The notes: a model not told the origin generated them from the letters alone. Shown: positions 39,147 to 48,967, counted from the stretch's first letter. The stretch: 64,000 bases of DNA from Candidatus Babeliales bacterium (GCA_050250855.1 JBFWNW010000001.1:160001-224000), one strand, 5' to 3'. Translations and numbers: made by a program.

Positions 39147-40406
39147 TTAGTTTTGGTCTGTAGTAGTGGCTTCTGGATTCATGATTTGATGATAATATTC
39201 TTCTGTATCGAAAGACCATGAGAAATATTTTTGTCTTGTTTCACTGATATTATGGTCTATGCGGTATTGTTTTTTAACCATTCTATCAAATAGTTCTTTA
39301 GCAGCTTTTGATTTTTCTTCTAATGTTTTTAATGTTGTTTCTTCTTTATTTAAATCTAGTACTAGTTTTTGTACCTTAGAAGTATTAGTCTCTTGATTAT
39401 ATTCTTTTATGCTTTTATTAAGGATAGTTATTTTATCATTACATTCAGTTATTTGCTTCTTAAGAGAATCTATGCAGTTGTATTGACTCATAAGGTCTAT
39501 TCTTGATTTTTCATGCAGCGTAGAGTTGGTATCTTTAACAAGTTGTATATAATTTTCTTTTTCTTTGATTAATTGTTCAATAGCTTGTACTTGTTGGTCA
39601 GAACTGTTAAGTTTTTTTGTTTCTTCAATAAGCTGATGAGTTATTGTGTCTTGAGACATGATGTTGGTATTTTTTTGTTTGATAGTACTTTCAACAGTTT
39701 TTCCAAGAGAGCTGCGATTTTGTTCAGCAGACTCTTTTTGTTTGATGAGAATTTCTTTTTCCTGCTCTAATTTGGTTAGTAAAGCTTTATTATCTCTATG
39801 GCGATTTACCTTTTTCTGGAATGATCCATAAAGGTCACTTTTTTTATCAAAATCTTCTGAGTCGCTCATGTAGCCTTGAATGAGACCTATTTGTTTTAAA
39901 CTTTCAGCAAACTGTGCTGTTTTACACAATCCATAGATCTCTTTGCTTTTTTTAAGACTTTTTGAGCTTGAGAAGGTTTTAGATTCACATATTTGCATAA
40001 TGTTTGCATATGAAATTGCTTGGCCGTATACGTCAATACCTATTTGTTGAGGATTAGTTTTTATTTGTTGATACAGGGAATCAAACTGATTTTTTGCTTC
40101 ATTATAAGGGCTTGATGGAAGAGCTGCGAATGAATTCTGATTTTTTTTCTTCGTTTTTGCCGGTTGCCATTCTGGACTATTTTCTGGTTGTTGCTCTTGT
40201 TCAGTTGAGATGTCTAGCAATTCACTTGATGGTTTTTGTTCTGATTGTTTTACAACCTGCGCATAAGTTGGTTGAGTTAGTTTTGAATCTTTAAGGTCTA
40301 AATTTTGAGCATTTTTAGTATCAAATTTTTTTCTGTTTTTTGCAGCTGCCTGTATGTCGATACTTGCTAGAAGAAGCAATACGCACGGAAGACAAAGCTT
40401 TTTCAT
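39147..40406 (-). CDS. Secreted coiled-coil hypothetical protein
   Basis: Signal peptide, Q/K/E-rich helical C-terminal half; AGGAG RBS. Confidence 0.75.
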   Translation of the reverse strand: MKKLCLPCVLLLLASIDIQAAAKNRKKFDTKNAQNLDLKDSKLTQPTYAQVVKQSEQKPSSELLDISTEQEQQPENSPEWQPAKTKKKNQNSFAALPSSPYNEAKNQFDSLYQQIKTNPQQIGIDVYGQAISYANIMQICESKTFSSSKSLKKSKEIYGLCKTAQFAESLKQIGLIQGYMSDSEDFDKKSDLYGSFQKKVNRHRDNKALLTKLEQEKEILIKQKESAEQNRSSLGKTVESTIKQKNTNIMSQDTITHQLIEETKKLNSSDQQVQAIEQLIKEKENYIQLVKDTNSTLHEKSRIDLMSQYNCIDSLKKQITECNDKITILNKSIKEYNQETNTSKVQKLVLDLNKEETTLKTLEEKSKAAKELFDRMVKKQYRIDHNISETRQKYFSWSFDTEEYYHQIMNPEATTTDQN

Positions 40407-40454
40407 AAGGACTCCTTTTTAAATAATTACACTCCTAAAAAACAACTTTAACCA

Positions 40455-40484
40455 AGTATACAGAAATTATTTTTTTTTATGCAA
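40455..40484 (-). promoter_or_regulatory. Putative sigma70 promoter
   Basis: Minus strand TTGCAT-18 nt-TATACT upstream of 40406. Confidence 0.55.
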
Positions 40485-40497
40485 GCAATAGTTTAAA

Positions 40498-41196
40498 CTA
40501 ACCATCCATGTTGCTTATATCAGGCTCTGAATCGCTGCCATCGCTTGATTCGTGCGATGAATGATCTTGTTCTTCTGTTTTTTTTAATTCACGTTTTACT
40601 TGAAGATATCCATTAAGTTCTTTTAATTTTCGTTCATTTTCTTTTTGTTTTCGCTCTAATTCTTTATTTTGTTTTTCTAGTTCTTTTTGCAGAGCCGTCA
40701 GGCGCAGGGTGTTAAAGGGATCTTCATTTTCATGCGACCCTTTAGATGAGGGTGATTTAGATACAGAGGATTTTCTTGAGGGTCTATTAGGTGTTTTTCT
40801 TTCGGTAGCTTCTTGCATTTCCATGTGATCAAGAGAGCGAGAGTTTGTTCTTCTATGTCCTGATGATCCGGTTCCTGGAAGAGGAGGTTTTGATGAGATA
40901 TCTGGCATGCTTTTACTATAGTCAAAAATAGAAGAACTGGTTTTTTTAGAGGGGATTGCCATAGGGTTGCTTGTCTGAGGTTGTGTTGATGTACTTGATG
41001 AAGATTTGCTTGAGTTTGATGATCTCGGTTTCAAAGACCTTCTTTTTTCTGGATCTTTTCCTTTCTCTTGCTTGTCTTCATCTTCTTTATCCTTTTTATT
41101 ACTAAAAATACCACTAATTGTTCTTTCCAGCTTCTCCATTGCATAACATTCATGAATATTGAGGACAAGAACACCTATGAAAATTATTTTTTTCAT
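40498..41196 (-). CDS. Secreted Ser/Lys-rich disordered protein with coiled coil
   Basis: MKKIIFIGVLVLNIHECYA-MEK; AGGAG RBS before 41196. Confidence 0.72.
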   Translation of the reverse strand: MKKIIFIGVLVLNIHECYAMEKLERTISGIFSNKKDKEDEDKQEKGKDPEKRRSLKPRSSNSSKSSSSTSTQPQTSNPMAIPSKKTSSSIFDYSKSMPDISSKPPLPGTGSSGHRRTNSRSLDHMEMQEATERKTPNRPSRKSSVSKSPSSKGSHENEDPFNTLRLTALQKELEKQNKELERKQKENERKLKELNGYLQVKRELKKTEEQDHSSHESSDGSDSEPDISNMDG

Positions 41197-41323
41197 GGTA
41201 TTACTCCTTTTTTTATAGTGCAGCAAAATTTCTAACTATACTTTATCGCCTTGAGGGTTTTGCGATAGAGTATTTTTACTGTACTACTTTTTTTTCAACA
41301 AAAAAAAGGGGTAATGCATTTTT

Positions 41324-42424
41324 TTAAAGATTTGTATCAAGGTAGTTCAAAAGAGGTTCAAGCCCTTTTTTATTAACAGCGGAAACAAGAACATGCGGTT
41401 GATAGCGTGAAAGCCGTTGTTCAAGTTCTGGTGTTACCGTAATTTTATCTGCTTTATTAAAAACAAAAAGAATATCTTTTTCTATTTCTAAATCATGCAA
41501 AATATATTGTACTACATCAATATGCTCTTCCCAATTTGGGTCAGCAATATCAACAACAAGTAGTAAGCGGTGTGCGTACGTAAGTTCAGAAAGAGTTGAT
41601 TTGAATGCTTCAATTAAATGAGGCGGTAGTAATTGAATAAATCCAACGGTATCAGAAATAAGGGCTTTCTTTCTGCCATTAATAATAAGTTCACGCGTGG
41701 TGGTATCAAGCGTTGCAAAGAGTTTGTCTTCTGCCAATACATCACTTTTGGTGAGTGTATTTAAGATAGTAGATTTTCCTGCATTGGTGTAGCCAATCAA
41801 ACAAACAAGAGGAATTTGACTTTTCAAGCGCGCTTTGCGTTGTGTTTCGCGGGTTTGTTCAAGCTGTTTGAGATGTTTTTTTAAATGAAGAATGCGGTTT
41901 TCAATATAGCGGCGCTCGCGCTCTTTCATAGTTTCACCAAAACCAGCACGTAATCCTAAAATGCCGGCCTGCTGAGACATATGTTTTCCCTTGCCTGCCA
42001 AGCGAGATTTTTGATGTTCAAGCATGGCAATTTCTATTTGTGTTTTGCCTTCAGCAGATATGGCAGCTTTTTCAAAAATTTCTAAAATGAGCTGCGCGCG
42101 GTCAAAAACACGTGCATCAAGATACTCGCTTAAATTGCGCTCTTGCTGTGGAGAGAGTGGTTCAGAAAAGAGTACTTCTTCAATCCCTTCCTCGTCGCAT
42201 ATTTTTTTTAAATCTTCCAAATGCCCTTTAGTAATAAAGGTGCCAGGCTCAATAGAACGTAATTTGATAAAAACAGCTTTGTGGTAAGGAATACCATTTG
42301 TTTTGACCAAACTCAAAAATTCATCATAGTAGGATTGAATAGCATTGGTTCTATTGTAAGGAGCATGGACGCCAACAACAAGGAGTTTAGGATAATTTGC
42401 TGTAGTACTTATATATTTGGGCAT
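41324..42424 (-). CDS. hflX: GTPase HflX
   Basis: LSPQQERNL, DRAQLILEIF, GYTNAGKS, LFATLD, DTVGF, NKAD. Confidence 0.96.
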   Translation of the reverse strand: MPKYISTTANYPKLLVVGVHAPYNRTNAIQSYYDEFLSLVKTNGIPYHKAVFIKLRSIEPGTFITKGHLEDLKKICDEEGIEEVLFSEPLSPQQERNLSEYLDARVFDRAQLILEIFEKAAISAEGKTQIEIAMLEHQKSRLAGKGKHMSQQAGILGLRAGFGETMKERERRYIENRILHLKKHLKQLEQTRETQRKARLKSQIPLVCLIGYTNAGKSTILNTLTKSDVLAEDKLFATLDTTTRELIINGRKKALISDTVGFIQLLPPHLIEAFKSTLSELTYAHRLLLVVDIADPNWEEHIDVVQYILHDLEIEKDILFVFNKADKITVTPELEQRLSRYQPHVLVSAVNKKGLEPLLNYLDTNL

Positions 42425-42554
42425 ACTTTTTTCTTTTTTTAGTGATAAAATACTTTTTAATAAGTATAGCATTAACTTTTTAAAACTTCTACTGAATGGA
42501 TTATTCCTTTGAGCCTTGGATATTTAAGGAGCTTATTCATAAGCTGTTAATTGA

Positions 42555-42664
42555 CGTTCGAATGCTTCGATAAACTCAGCACGAACGGCTCTTTTTTATT
42601 TCGTTCGCCCTGAGCTCGTCGAAGGGTACGAATACAAAATATGCTTTTTTTGAATTGTGGATAA
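42555..42664. repeat. REP-like inverted doublet (locus B)
   Basis: CGTTCGAATGCTTCGATAAACTCAGCACGAACGG-spacer-TCGTTCGCCCTGAGCTCGTCGAAGGGTACGAATACAAAATATG, near-identical to 49129-49250. Confidence 0.88.
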
Positions 42665-42667
42665 ATT

Positions 42668-43720
42668 CTAAGAGAAGAGATACTCTTTAATAATCCCTGT
42701 ACGCTCGGTGGGGTTATTTTTATCAATCAGTGCATCAAGGTGCTTATGCGGTGAGTCTTTTGTATAGTAATCTATAGGAGAGGTTATTTCATTGCATAAT
42801 CTTTGCCCGTGATCTAGTAAATGGGTTGTAAATTCTTGAGTCCATCTTTCTTTATGGTTTTCTAAAGCTTTTGTTTTGATAGTATTTTTGATCCAATCTG
42901 CTGGAAAGTAGTGCATAGAGGCAGTAAATGCGGATGGATTATTTTTGAGCATGAAAGCGAGCATGGAGGGTGAATAAATATCTTCTTCTGGTAAAAATGA
43001 AACTATATAATATTGAAGATCTAATGGCAGATCAAATGTTCGTTTGCAAGCACAAAGAAAGGTAAGAATTCTTTTGCTTTCTTTGGCCTGTTTAATTTTT
43101 TTAGGTGTAGTTTGATGGGGTGGGCTGAGTAAAAGAAGCGCTGCATAAACGTAAGATTCCTGTTGAATGGCTAACCGAAATGGAGACAGATTATTAGTAG
43201 CATATGAAGGAGCACCCCATGCAAGTAAGAGCTTTACAGTATCAATATCTCTTTTTTCAGGTTCTTTAAATTCTTGATTATGGAGTACTTGACATAAAGG
43301 AGGCTTAATATTGTCTATGGTGGTAGAAAGAGGTGCGTCATGCTCCAAAAAAACGGTTAGGGTAGCAGGGCTAATGCCATTTGGTGTAAGGATTATATTA
43401 AATCGTTCAAGAAATTCTTCTTGATTTTCTTTAAGAATATGAGCGCTGTGTTTAAAAATTTTATGAAGCAGTTCTGGATTGTTGCGGCTAGAAGAAAGAG
43501 CATCCCAGGTAAGAAAATACAGTAAATTATCATTGGTTATATTTCTTTCTAGTAATGCTTGTACTTTCTCTAAAGAGCCCTGCTTACTGCAGGCTTGTTG
43601 CATTTCTTGTACTAACTGATTATTATTTTCAATAAAATCTTTGATTCTAGTGTTGTGATCATACATTAAACTGAGCGGGGCATGCAATAGAAGAAGCATT
43701 ATTAAAACTAATTCTTTCAT
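42668..43720 (-). CDS. Secreted ankyrin-like protein with F-box-like motif
   Basis: Signal peptide; PPLCQVL...VKLLLAWGA, SPFRLAI; LPLDLQYYIVSFLP. Confidence 0.65.
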   Translation of the reverse strand: MKELVLIMLLLLHAPLSLMYDHNTRIKDFIENNNQLVQEMQQACSKQGSLEKVQALLERNITNDNLLYFLTWDALSSSRNNPELLHKIFKHSAHILKENQEEFLERFNIILTPNGISPATLTVFLEHDAPLSTTIDNIKPPLCQVLHNQEFKEPEKRDIDTVKLLLAWGAPSYATNNLSPFRLAIQQESYVYAALLLLSPPHQTTPKKIKQAKESKRILTFLCACKRTFDLPLDLQYYIVSFLPEEDIYSPSMLAFMLKNNPSAFTASMHYFPADWIKNTIKTKALENHKERWTQEFTTHLLDHGQRLCNEITSPIDYYTKDSPHKHLDALIDKNNPTERTGIIKEYLFS

Positions 43721-43814
43721 TAAAGGTCCTCATTGCTTTGGCGTATAGAGCTGTTATACTGAATAGTTCAAAATATACCTTTTTTTAACAAGAAATTTCA
43801 AGAAGGATGTCTCC

Positions 43815-45149
43815 ATGTTTGATTTTTTGGCCAATAAGCTTTCATCCGCTTTTTCTTTAATTACAGGACAAGGCTACCTTTCAGAAAAAAATATTCAAGA
43901 TACGTTTGCAAAATTACAAGAAGCTTTGCTGGAGGCAGATGTTCCTTATGCGGTAGTGGAAGCCTTTACCCAAGAATTAAAAGATGAAGTAATTGGGCAA
44001 AAAGTATTAAAATCATTAAAACCTAATGAGCAATTTATTACCTTAGCGCATAAAAAATTATCTGCATTTTTAGGAGGCACAGAATCTGCTTCTTGGCTTG
44101 CGGATCTTACGTTCAAAAAAAAACCAACCATATTCATGCTTATGGGCCTGCAGGGTTCAGGAAAAACAACCTCTCTTGCAAAACTTGCTCATAAAATTAA
44201 AACAGAAAAAAAGGTACAAAAAATTCTTTGCGCATCGGTTGATTTTTATCGTCCAGCAGCACTTGATCAGCTTGAAATCCTTGCAAAACAAGTCAAGATT
44301 GATTTTTACCGTGCTCAGGCGACAGCGCCTTTAAAAGCTGCGCATGAAATTGTGCAGTATGCGCGAAATAATAGCTATGATGTTTTATTGCTTGATACAG
44401 CAGGGCGCTTGCATGTTGATACTACTATGCTCCAAGAGTTAAGGTCTCTTGATTATGATCTGCAGCCAGAGCATAAATTGTTGGTACTTGATGCTATGAC
44501 AGGGCAGCAATCTTTGCAGGTAGCGCAAGCCTTTGAACAAACGGTTGGCTTTGAAGGAGCACTTCTTTCTAAAATTGATAGTGATACTAGAGCCGGTGCT
44601 GCTTTTGCCTTTGCTTATACCTTAAAAAAACCGATTCTTTTTTTAGGTATAGGGGAAAAGCCTGAGGATTTAGAAATTTTTAGGGCAGATCGTATTGCGG
44701 GACGCCTGATTGGCATGGGCGATATGGAGACGCTTTTAGAAAAAGCTGAGAAAACCATCAAGAAACATGAACAGCAAGAGGCTGAAAAAGCCTTTATGCA
44801 GGGTAAATTTACTTTGCATGATTTTGCAAAACAGATGGATATGATGAACCGTATGGGCTCTTTGAGTAGTATTATGCGCTTTATTCCCGGTATGAGCTCC
44901 CAAGCTATACCTGCTGATAAGATGCGGCAAGCGGAAACTGAGATGAAAAAGTTTAAAGCTATTATCGGGTCCATGACCCCCCGCGAGCGCCTCAATCATA
45001 AAATTTTACAGGGTTCACGCAAGCTGCGCATAGCAAAAGGGGCGGGTGTGCAGGTTTCTGATATTAATATTTTGTTGCAGAGATTTGAAGAAATGCAGCA
45101 ATTTGCTAAACTATTTAAGAAAATGGGCAATTTTCCAGGATTGCGCTAA
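43815..45149 (+). CDS. ffh: Signal recognition particle protein
   Basis: ALLEADV, GLQGSGKTT, DTAGR, Met-rich M domain, SRKLRIAKGAG. Confidence 0.97.
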   Translation: MFDFLANKLSSAFSLITGQGYLSEKNIQDTFAKLQEALLEADVPYAVVEAFTQELKDEVIGQKVLKSLKPNEQFITLAHKKLSAFLGGTESASWLADLTFKKKPTIFMLMGLQGSGKTTSLAKLAHKIKTEKKVQKILCASVDFYRPAALDQLEILAKQVKIDFYRAQATAPLKAAHEIVQYARNNSYDVLLLDTAGRLHVDTTMLQELRSLDYDLQPEHKLLVLDAMTGQQSLQVAQAFEQTVGFEGALLSKIDSDTRAGAAFAFAYTLKKPILFLGIGEKPEDLEIFRADRIAGRLIGMGDMETLLEKAEKTIKKHEQQEAEKAFMQGKFTLHDFAKQMDMMNRMGSLSSIMRFIPGMSSQAIPADKMRQAETEMKKFKAIIGSMTPRERLNHKILQGSRKLRIAKGAGVQVSDINILLQRFEEMQQFAKLFKKMGNFPGLR

Positions 45150-45234
45150 GACTCCCCCTTATACCCTCATAATGTGGTAGTTTTTAAAACAGGTGAATAC
45201 CAAGAAGGTATTCCAATGAAAGGATATTTTCATA

Positions 45235-45486
45235 ATGGCAGTTAAAATTCGTTTGTCTCGTATAGGCAAAAAAAATGCTCCTCAGTACCGTATAGTGGCT
45301 GTTGATGAGCGCAAAAAGCGTGATGGTGAGTATTTGGATAACCTTGGTACTTATGAGCCAATAGCGCATAAAATTGTTCAATTGCATGAAGACCGTATTA
45401 AAGACTGGCTCTCTAAAGGTGCAATTATGACTGATTCGGTAAAACGTATTATTAAACGACATCACGAGCAAGCGGCATCTAAATAA
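45235..45486 (+). CDS. rpsP: 30S ribosomal protein S16
   Basis: MAVKIRLSRIGKK..P.YRIV, RDG, WLSKGA. Confidence 0.97.
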   Translation: MAVKIRLSRIGKKNAPQYRIVAVDERKKRDGEYLDNLGTYEPIAHKIVQLHEDRIKDWLSKGAIMTDSVKRIIKRHHEQAASK

Positions 45487-45716
45487 TGATTAAACAACTT
45501 GTTGAGCATGCCATTAAAGAACTTGTTGATGAGCCATCAAAGGTTAATGTACAAGTTTTTCGTGATGGCCAAAAAACCATTACTGAAATTCGTGTTGCCG
45601 CAGATGATTTTAAACGAGTCATTGGTAAAGATGGCAGAATTATAAAATCGCTGCGTGCAATGATTGGTGCGGTTGATGGCGGTGATAATGATATTGTCAT
45701 TGATATAGCGCAATGA
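45486..45716 (+). CDS. khpA: KH-domain RNA-binding protein KhpA
   Basis: LVDEP, RVIGKDGRIIKSLR; follows rpsP. Confidence 0.9.
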   Translation: MIKQLVEHAIKELVDEPSKVNVQVFRDGQKTITEIRVAADDFKRVIGKDGRIIKSLRAMIGAVDGGDNDIVIDIAQ

Positions 45717-47008
45717 ACATTTCAATTGTTTCTGTTTTCCCAGAACTTTATCAACCATTTTTTTCTACAAGCCTTTTAAAGCGTGTGCAAGAAAAAGGAA
45801 TAATCAGCTTTGATGTAGCTGATTATTTTTCTTTTGTTGCACCAAAAGAGCGTATTGATGCTCCTTCATTTGGGCCTGGTGCTGGTATGTTGCTCAGACC
45901 TGAAGTAGTGCAAAAAGCTATTGAGTCACAAGAAGGGAAATTCGGAAAATCTTTTAAGATTTTCTTTTCTCCCCAGGGCAAGAAAGTTGACCAAAGCTTA
46001 CTCAAAACTTTAGCGCCTACTCTTATGCAGCAAAAACATATTATGTTGATGCCTGCTCGGTATGAAGGCATGGATAGTCGCGTTGAAGAGCATTATGCAG
46101 ATCTTGTTCTTTCTGTAGGTGATTTTGTAGTAATGGGCGGAGATATCCCAGCAATGCTTTTTTTAGAAGGTATGCTGCGTCTTATTCCTGATGTAGTAGG
46201 AAAACAAGAATCAGTTGAACGAGATTCATTTATGGGGCCATTTGTTGATTATCCAGAATATACAGAGCCTCTTGAATGGCAAGGAATGAAAGTTCCTGAA
46301 ATAATTAGATCTGGCCATCATGCAGCTATTGAGCAGTGGCGCCAAGAGCAGGCAGCGCAAAAAACAGTATTGCATCACTTTGATTGGCTTCGTTCCAAGG
46401 TTGCCACGCAAGAGCAAAAAAAGCTTGCAGAGCGTTTTATTCCTGCTCATTATGCGGCCCTTATGCATTCTGATGTAGTTCTTGGGCCAGAGCAGGTGGG
46501 AGCTTCTTCGGTAACTTCTATTGATATTCATGATGGCAGTCGCTCGTGCAAGACCTATGGCTTGAAAAACTATTTTATAGTTACCCCGTTAAAAGATCAG
46601 CAAGCGATCGTAAGAACCCTGCTTGATTTTTGGCATGGCAGTCAGGGGCAAGATTATAATCCGTCACGAGCAAAAGCGGTAAAGCAGGTTGAGTTGGTTA
46701 GTACTTTGGATGAAGTGCTTGCGGCTATAGAAAAAAAAGAGGGGAAGAAGCCTCTTTTGATAGCGACATCAGCAAAAAGAACAGATGGTCGTCTTGTTCA
46801 TTATTTTGACCAAGAAAAAGTCTGGGCACAGAGCCGACCAATTTTACTTCTTTTTGGTACCGCTAAAGGTCTTTCTAAGGCTGTTCTTGATCGTTGTGAT
46901 TATATTTTGGGCCCGATTGAAGGTTTTTCTGATTTTAATCATCTTTCAGTGCGTTCAGCTATGGCTGTGGTCTTGGATCGCTGGTTGGGGATTAATATCA
47001 AAGAATAG
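45713..47008 (+). CDS. trmD: tRNA (m1G37) methyltransferase TrmD fused to a second SPOUT-type RNA methyltransferase domain
   Basis: FGPGAGM, SPQG, RYEGMDSR, SVGDFVVMGG, VPE...SGHH; C-terminal IDIHD..R...TYG, LLFGTAKGL, FNHLSVRSA. Confidence 0.93.
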   Translation: MNISIVSVFPELYQPFFSTSLLKRVQEKGIISFDVADYFSFVAPKERIDAPSFGPGAGMLLRPEVVQKAIESQEGKFGKSFKIFFSPQGKKVDQSLLKTLAPTLMQQKHIMLMPARYEGMDSRVEEHYADLVLSVGDFVVMGGDIPAMLFLEGMLRLIPDVVGKQESVERDSFMGPFVDYPEYTEPLEWQGMKVPEIIRSGHHAAIEQWRQEQAAQKTVLHHFDWLRSKVATQEQKKLAERFIPAHYAALMHSDVVLGPEQVGASSVTSIDIHDGSRSCKTYGLKNYFIVTPLKDQQAIVRTLLDFWHGSQGQDYNPSRAKAVKQVELVSTLDEVLAAIEKKEGKKPLLIATSAKRTDGRLVHYFDQEKVWAQSRPILLLFGTAKGLSKAVLDRCDYILGPIEGFSDFNHLSVRSAMAVVLDRWLGINIKE

Positions 47009-47115
47009 ATTGGCAGGTTGCTTTTTTTGCGCTACAATGAAATGTATGCATATTTTTGAAGTTATAATATTACCCTAAAGCTAGGGTATTTTTAGGTGAT
47101 TTTGAGGGAAACTCT

Positions 47116-47550
47116 ATGAAAGCACAAAAATTTACTAAAGAAACAATTCGTTCTCTAGGGACACGAGATCTTAATTTTCCAGCATTTGGCGTAGGCGATG
47201 TTATTGCTGTTTCTCAGCGTATTGCTGAAGGCGATAAAGAACGTATTCAGATTTTTGAAGGTGACGTTATTGCTATGCGTAAAAATGGCGCTTCAAGTAC
47301 GTTTACTGTTCGTAAAATAAGCGCAAATGCTGTTTCTGTTGAAAAAATATTTCCTTTCTATTCTCCTATGATTGCGGGTGTTAAATTTATTCGCAAAGGA
47401 AAGGCGCGTAGAGCTAAATTGTATTACATGAGAAATCGTATCGGTAAAGCTGCTCGCGTACAAGAAGTAATTCAAACTAAAGAAGAAAAAGCGGCACAAG
47501 CGTCAATGACTTCTTCATTTAAAGAAGCTTCGCAAGCTGCAGCTGAATAA
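47116..47550 (+). CDS. rplS: 50S ribosomal protein L19
   Basis: EGDKERIQIFEG, TFTVRKIS, RRAKLYY. Confidence 0.97.
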   Translation: MKAQKFTKETIRSLGTRDLNFPAFGVGDVIAVSQRIAEGDKERIQIFEGDVIAMRKNGASSTFTVRKISANAVSVEKIFPFYSPMIAGVKFIRKGKARRAKLYYMRNRIGKAARVQEVIQTKEEKAAQASMTSSFKEASQAAAE

Positions 47551-47573
47551 TCTTTATTAGTGGGATAGGAGTA

Positions 47574-47978
47574 ATGAGGCACTTCTCTTATATAATACTT
47601 TTTTTAAGTATACTTCTTTGTTTGAGTAGCTGTAATTCTCGCAAATTAGTATCTTCTCAATCTGATACGTGGACTTGTAAAGAAGCGCAACTGTTTGACG
47701 TTCCTATTCCCATAGATGCAAAGCCAGAAAAAAAACAAGGTGAAGAAGAGCCAGTCAAAGGATCTTGTTTTGAAGTATCATTTCGTTCGGGGCTTACATT
47801 GTCTGACGTTATTCTTTTTTATCAGCAGGAAATGGAGCGCCTAGGTTGGGCAGAGTATATTTCTTTTGTAGGGTGCCAAGCAAACTTAATATTTGAAAAA
47901 CCATCAAAAATAGTTTCTATAGCCATTATTCCTACCAAGAAAGATCTTCGTATTACTATTTTTCAACAAGCAAGGTAA
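47574..47978 (+). CDS. Hypothetical lipoprotein
   Basis: Lipobox LSSC; DVPIP, FYQQEMERLGW. Confidence 0.7.
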   Translation: MRHFSYIILFLSILLCLSSCNSRKLVSSQSDTWTCKEAQLFDVPIPIDAKPEKKQGEEEPVKGSCFEVSFRSGLTLSDVILFYQQEMERLGWAEYISFVGCQANLIFEKPSKIVSIAIIPTKKDLRITIFQQAR

Positions 47979-47987
47979 ACGTAATAC

Positions 47988-48467
47988 TTATTGATTTATA
48001 GGTGTACCAAAGGTAGAAAATCCTGAGTCAGATCCAATATCAGAAAGTGTTGATTCATTGCCGTTTCCATTTGATGAATAGGATTGGTATCTTCCGAATC
48101 TGCGTCTTTTAGAGCTATTTTGTTGGTCTTGCAAATCTTGAATTTGACGTTGTTGTTCTTGAATTTGGCGCTGTTGATCTTGAATCATTCTTTGTTGATC
48201 TGCAAGTTGAGATGCTGTAGGTGTTGCAGAAGCTTGCGCTTGTGGTTGAACGTATACAGGTCTTTCAACAACACGTTCGACAACAACTGGCTCTCTATAA
48301 CGTCTACGTGAATTAGAGATAGCAGATCCTAGCAATGCACCACCGACAAAACCACCAATGGTTCCACCAGCTATAGCACCGCCGCTACCAGCATGTACCG
48401 GTTTTTCTGAAAGACAGATCATAGCAGTTAATGCAATAAAGATAAGATTTTTAATACATTTTTTCAT
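47988..48467 (-). CDS. Secreted glycine-zipper / coiled-coil protein
   Basis: Signal peptide, GGAIAGGTIGGFVGGALLG, (Q)QRxIQxQ heptad repeats. Confidence 0.75.
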   Translation of the reverse strand: MKKCIKNLIFIALTAMICLSEKPVHAGSGGAIAGGTIGGFVGGALLGSAISNSRRRYREPVVVERVVERPVYVQPQAQASATPTASQLADQQRMIQDQQRQIQEQQRQIQDLQDQQNSSKRRRFGRYQSYSSNGNGNESTLSDIGSDSGFSTFGTPINQ

Positions 48468-48559
48468 TTATTTACTCCCTCATTGAATTTATATCCTTAG
48501 ATTAAATTATTTCATGTAGAAAAATCAATGGTTTTTTATTAATAAAATAAATATTTTAT

Positions 48560-48593
48560 AAAAAATAAGCCCCTGTCAAAAAGACGGGGGCTT
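48560..48593 (-). terminator. Intrinsic terminator
   Basis: AAGCCCCTGTC-AAAAA-GACGGGGGCTT with an A tract on the left (U tract on the minus strand). Confidence 0.7.
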
Positions 48594-48616
48594 GATAGTT
48601 ATTTTTAAAATTAAAG

Positions 48617-48967
48617 CTATGACAATTTTTTTGCTTGTTTTTCAAGCTTTTCTTCTAAGCGAGCAACAGATTTTTTGAGTGATCTGATATCCCGTTTAAG
48701 CTCTCTATTTTCTTGCATAAGATCGCTATTTTCATCTTCAAGCTGAGAAATTTTGGATTCTAGGCTTTTAACTTCACAGGGGGTTACATATACTGTTTTG
48801 GGAACCTTTACAACTTCTACATAACGAGTACATGGCTTGCTTAGTTGGCTTCCGATAAAACCTGTTGCTGCGCCAGTTGCAAAACCACCAAAGAATGAAC
48901 CTGGTCCAGCCTGAACTGCAGGTATAAATGCTAGGCCAAACGGTATGGTTATCATTAATTTTTTCAT
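48617..48967 (-). CDS. Secreted glycine-zipper / coiled-coil protein
   Basis: Signal peptide, GSFFGGFATGAATGFIG, leucine-zipper-like tail. Confidence 0.75.
   Translation of the reverse strand: MKKLMITIPFGLAFIPAVQAGPGSFFGGFATGAATGFIGSQLSKPCTRYVEVVKVPKTVYVTPCEVKSLESKISQLEDENSDLMQENRELKRDIRSLKKSVARLEEKLEKQAKKLS

Noticed and set aside
42490..42545. Weak inverted repeat (TGAAT..TCCTT / AAGGA..ATTCA) upstream of hflX
   Set aside because: Short, interrupted and AT-rich; could arise by chance
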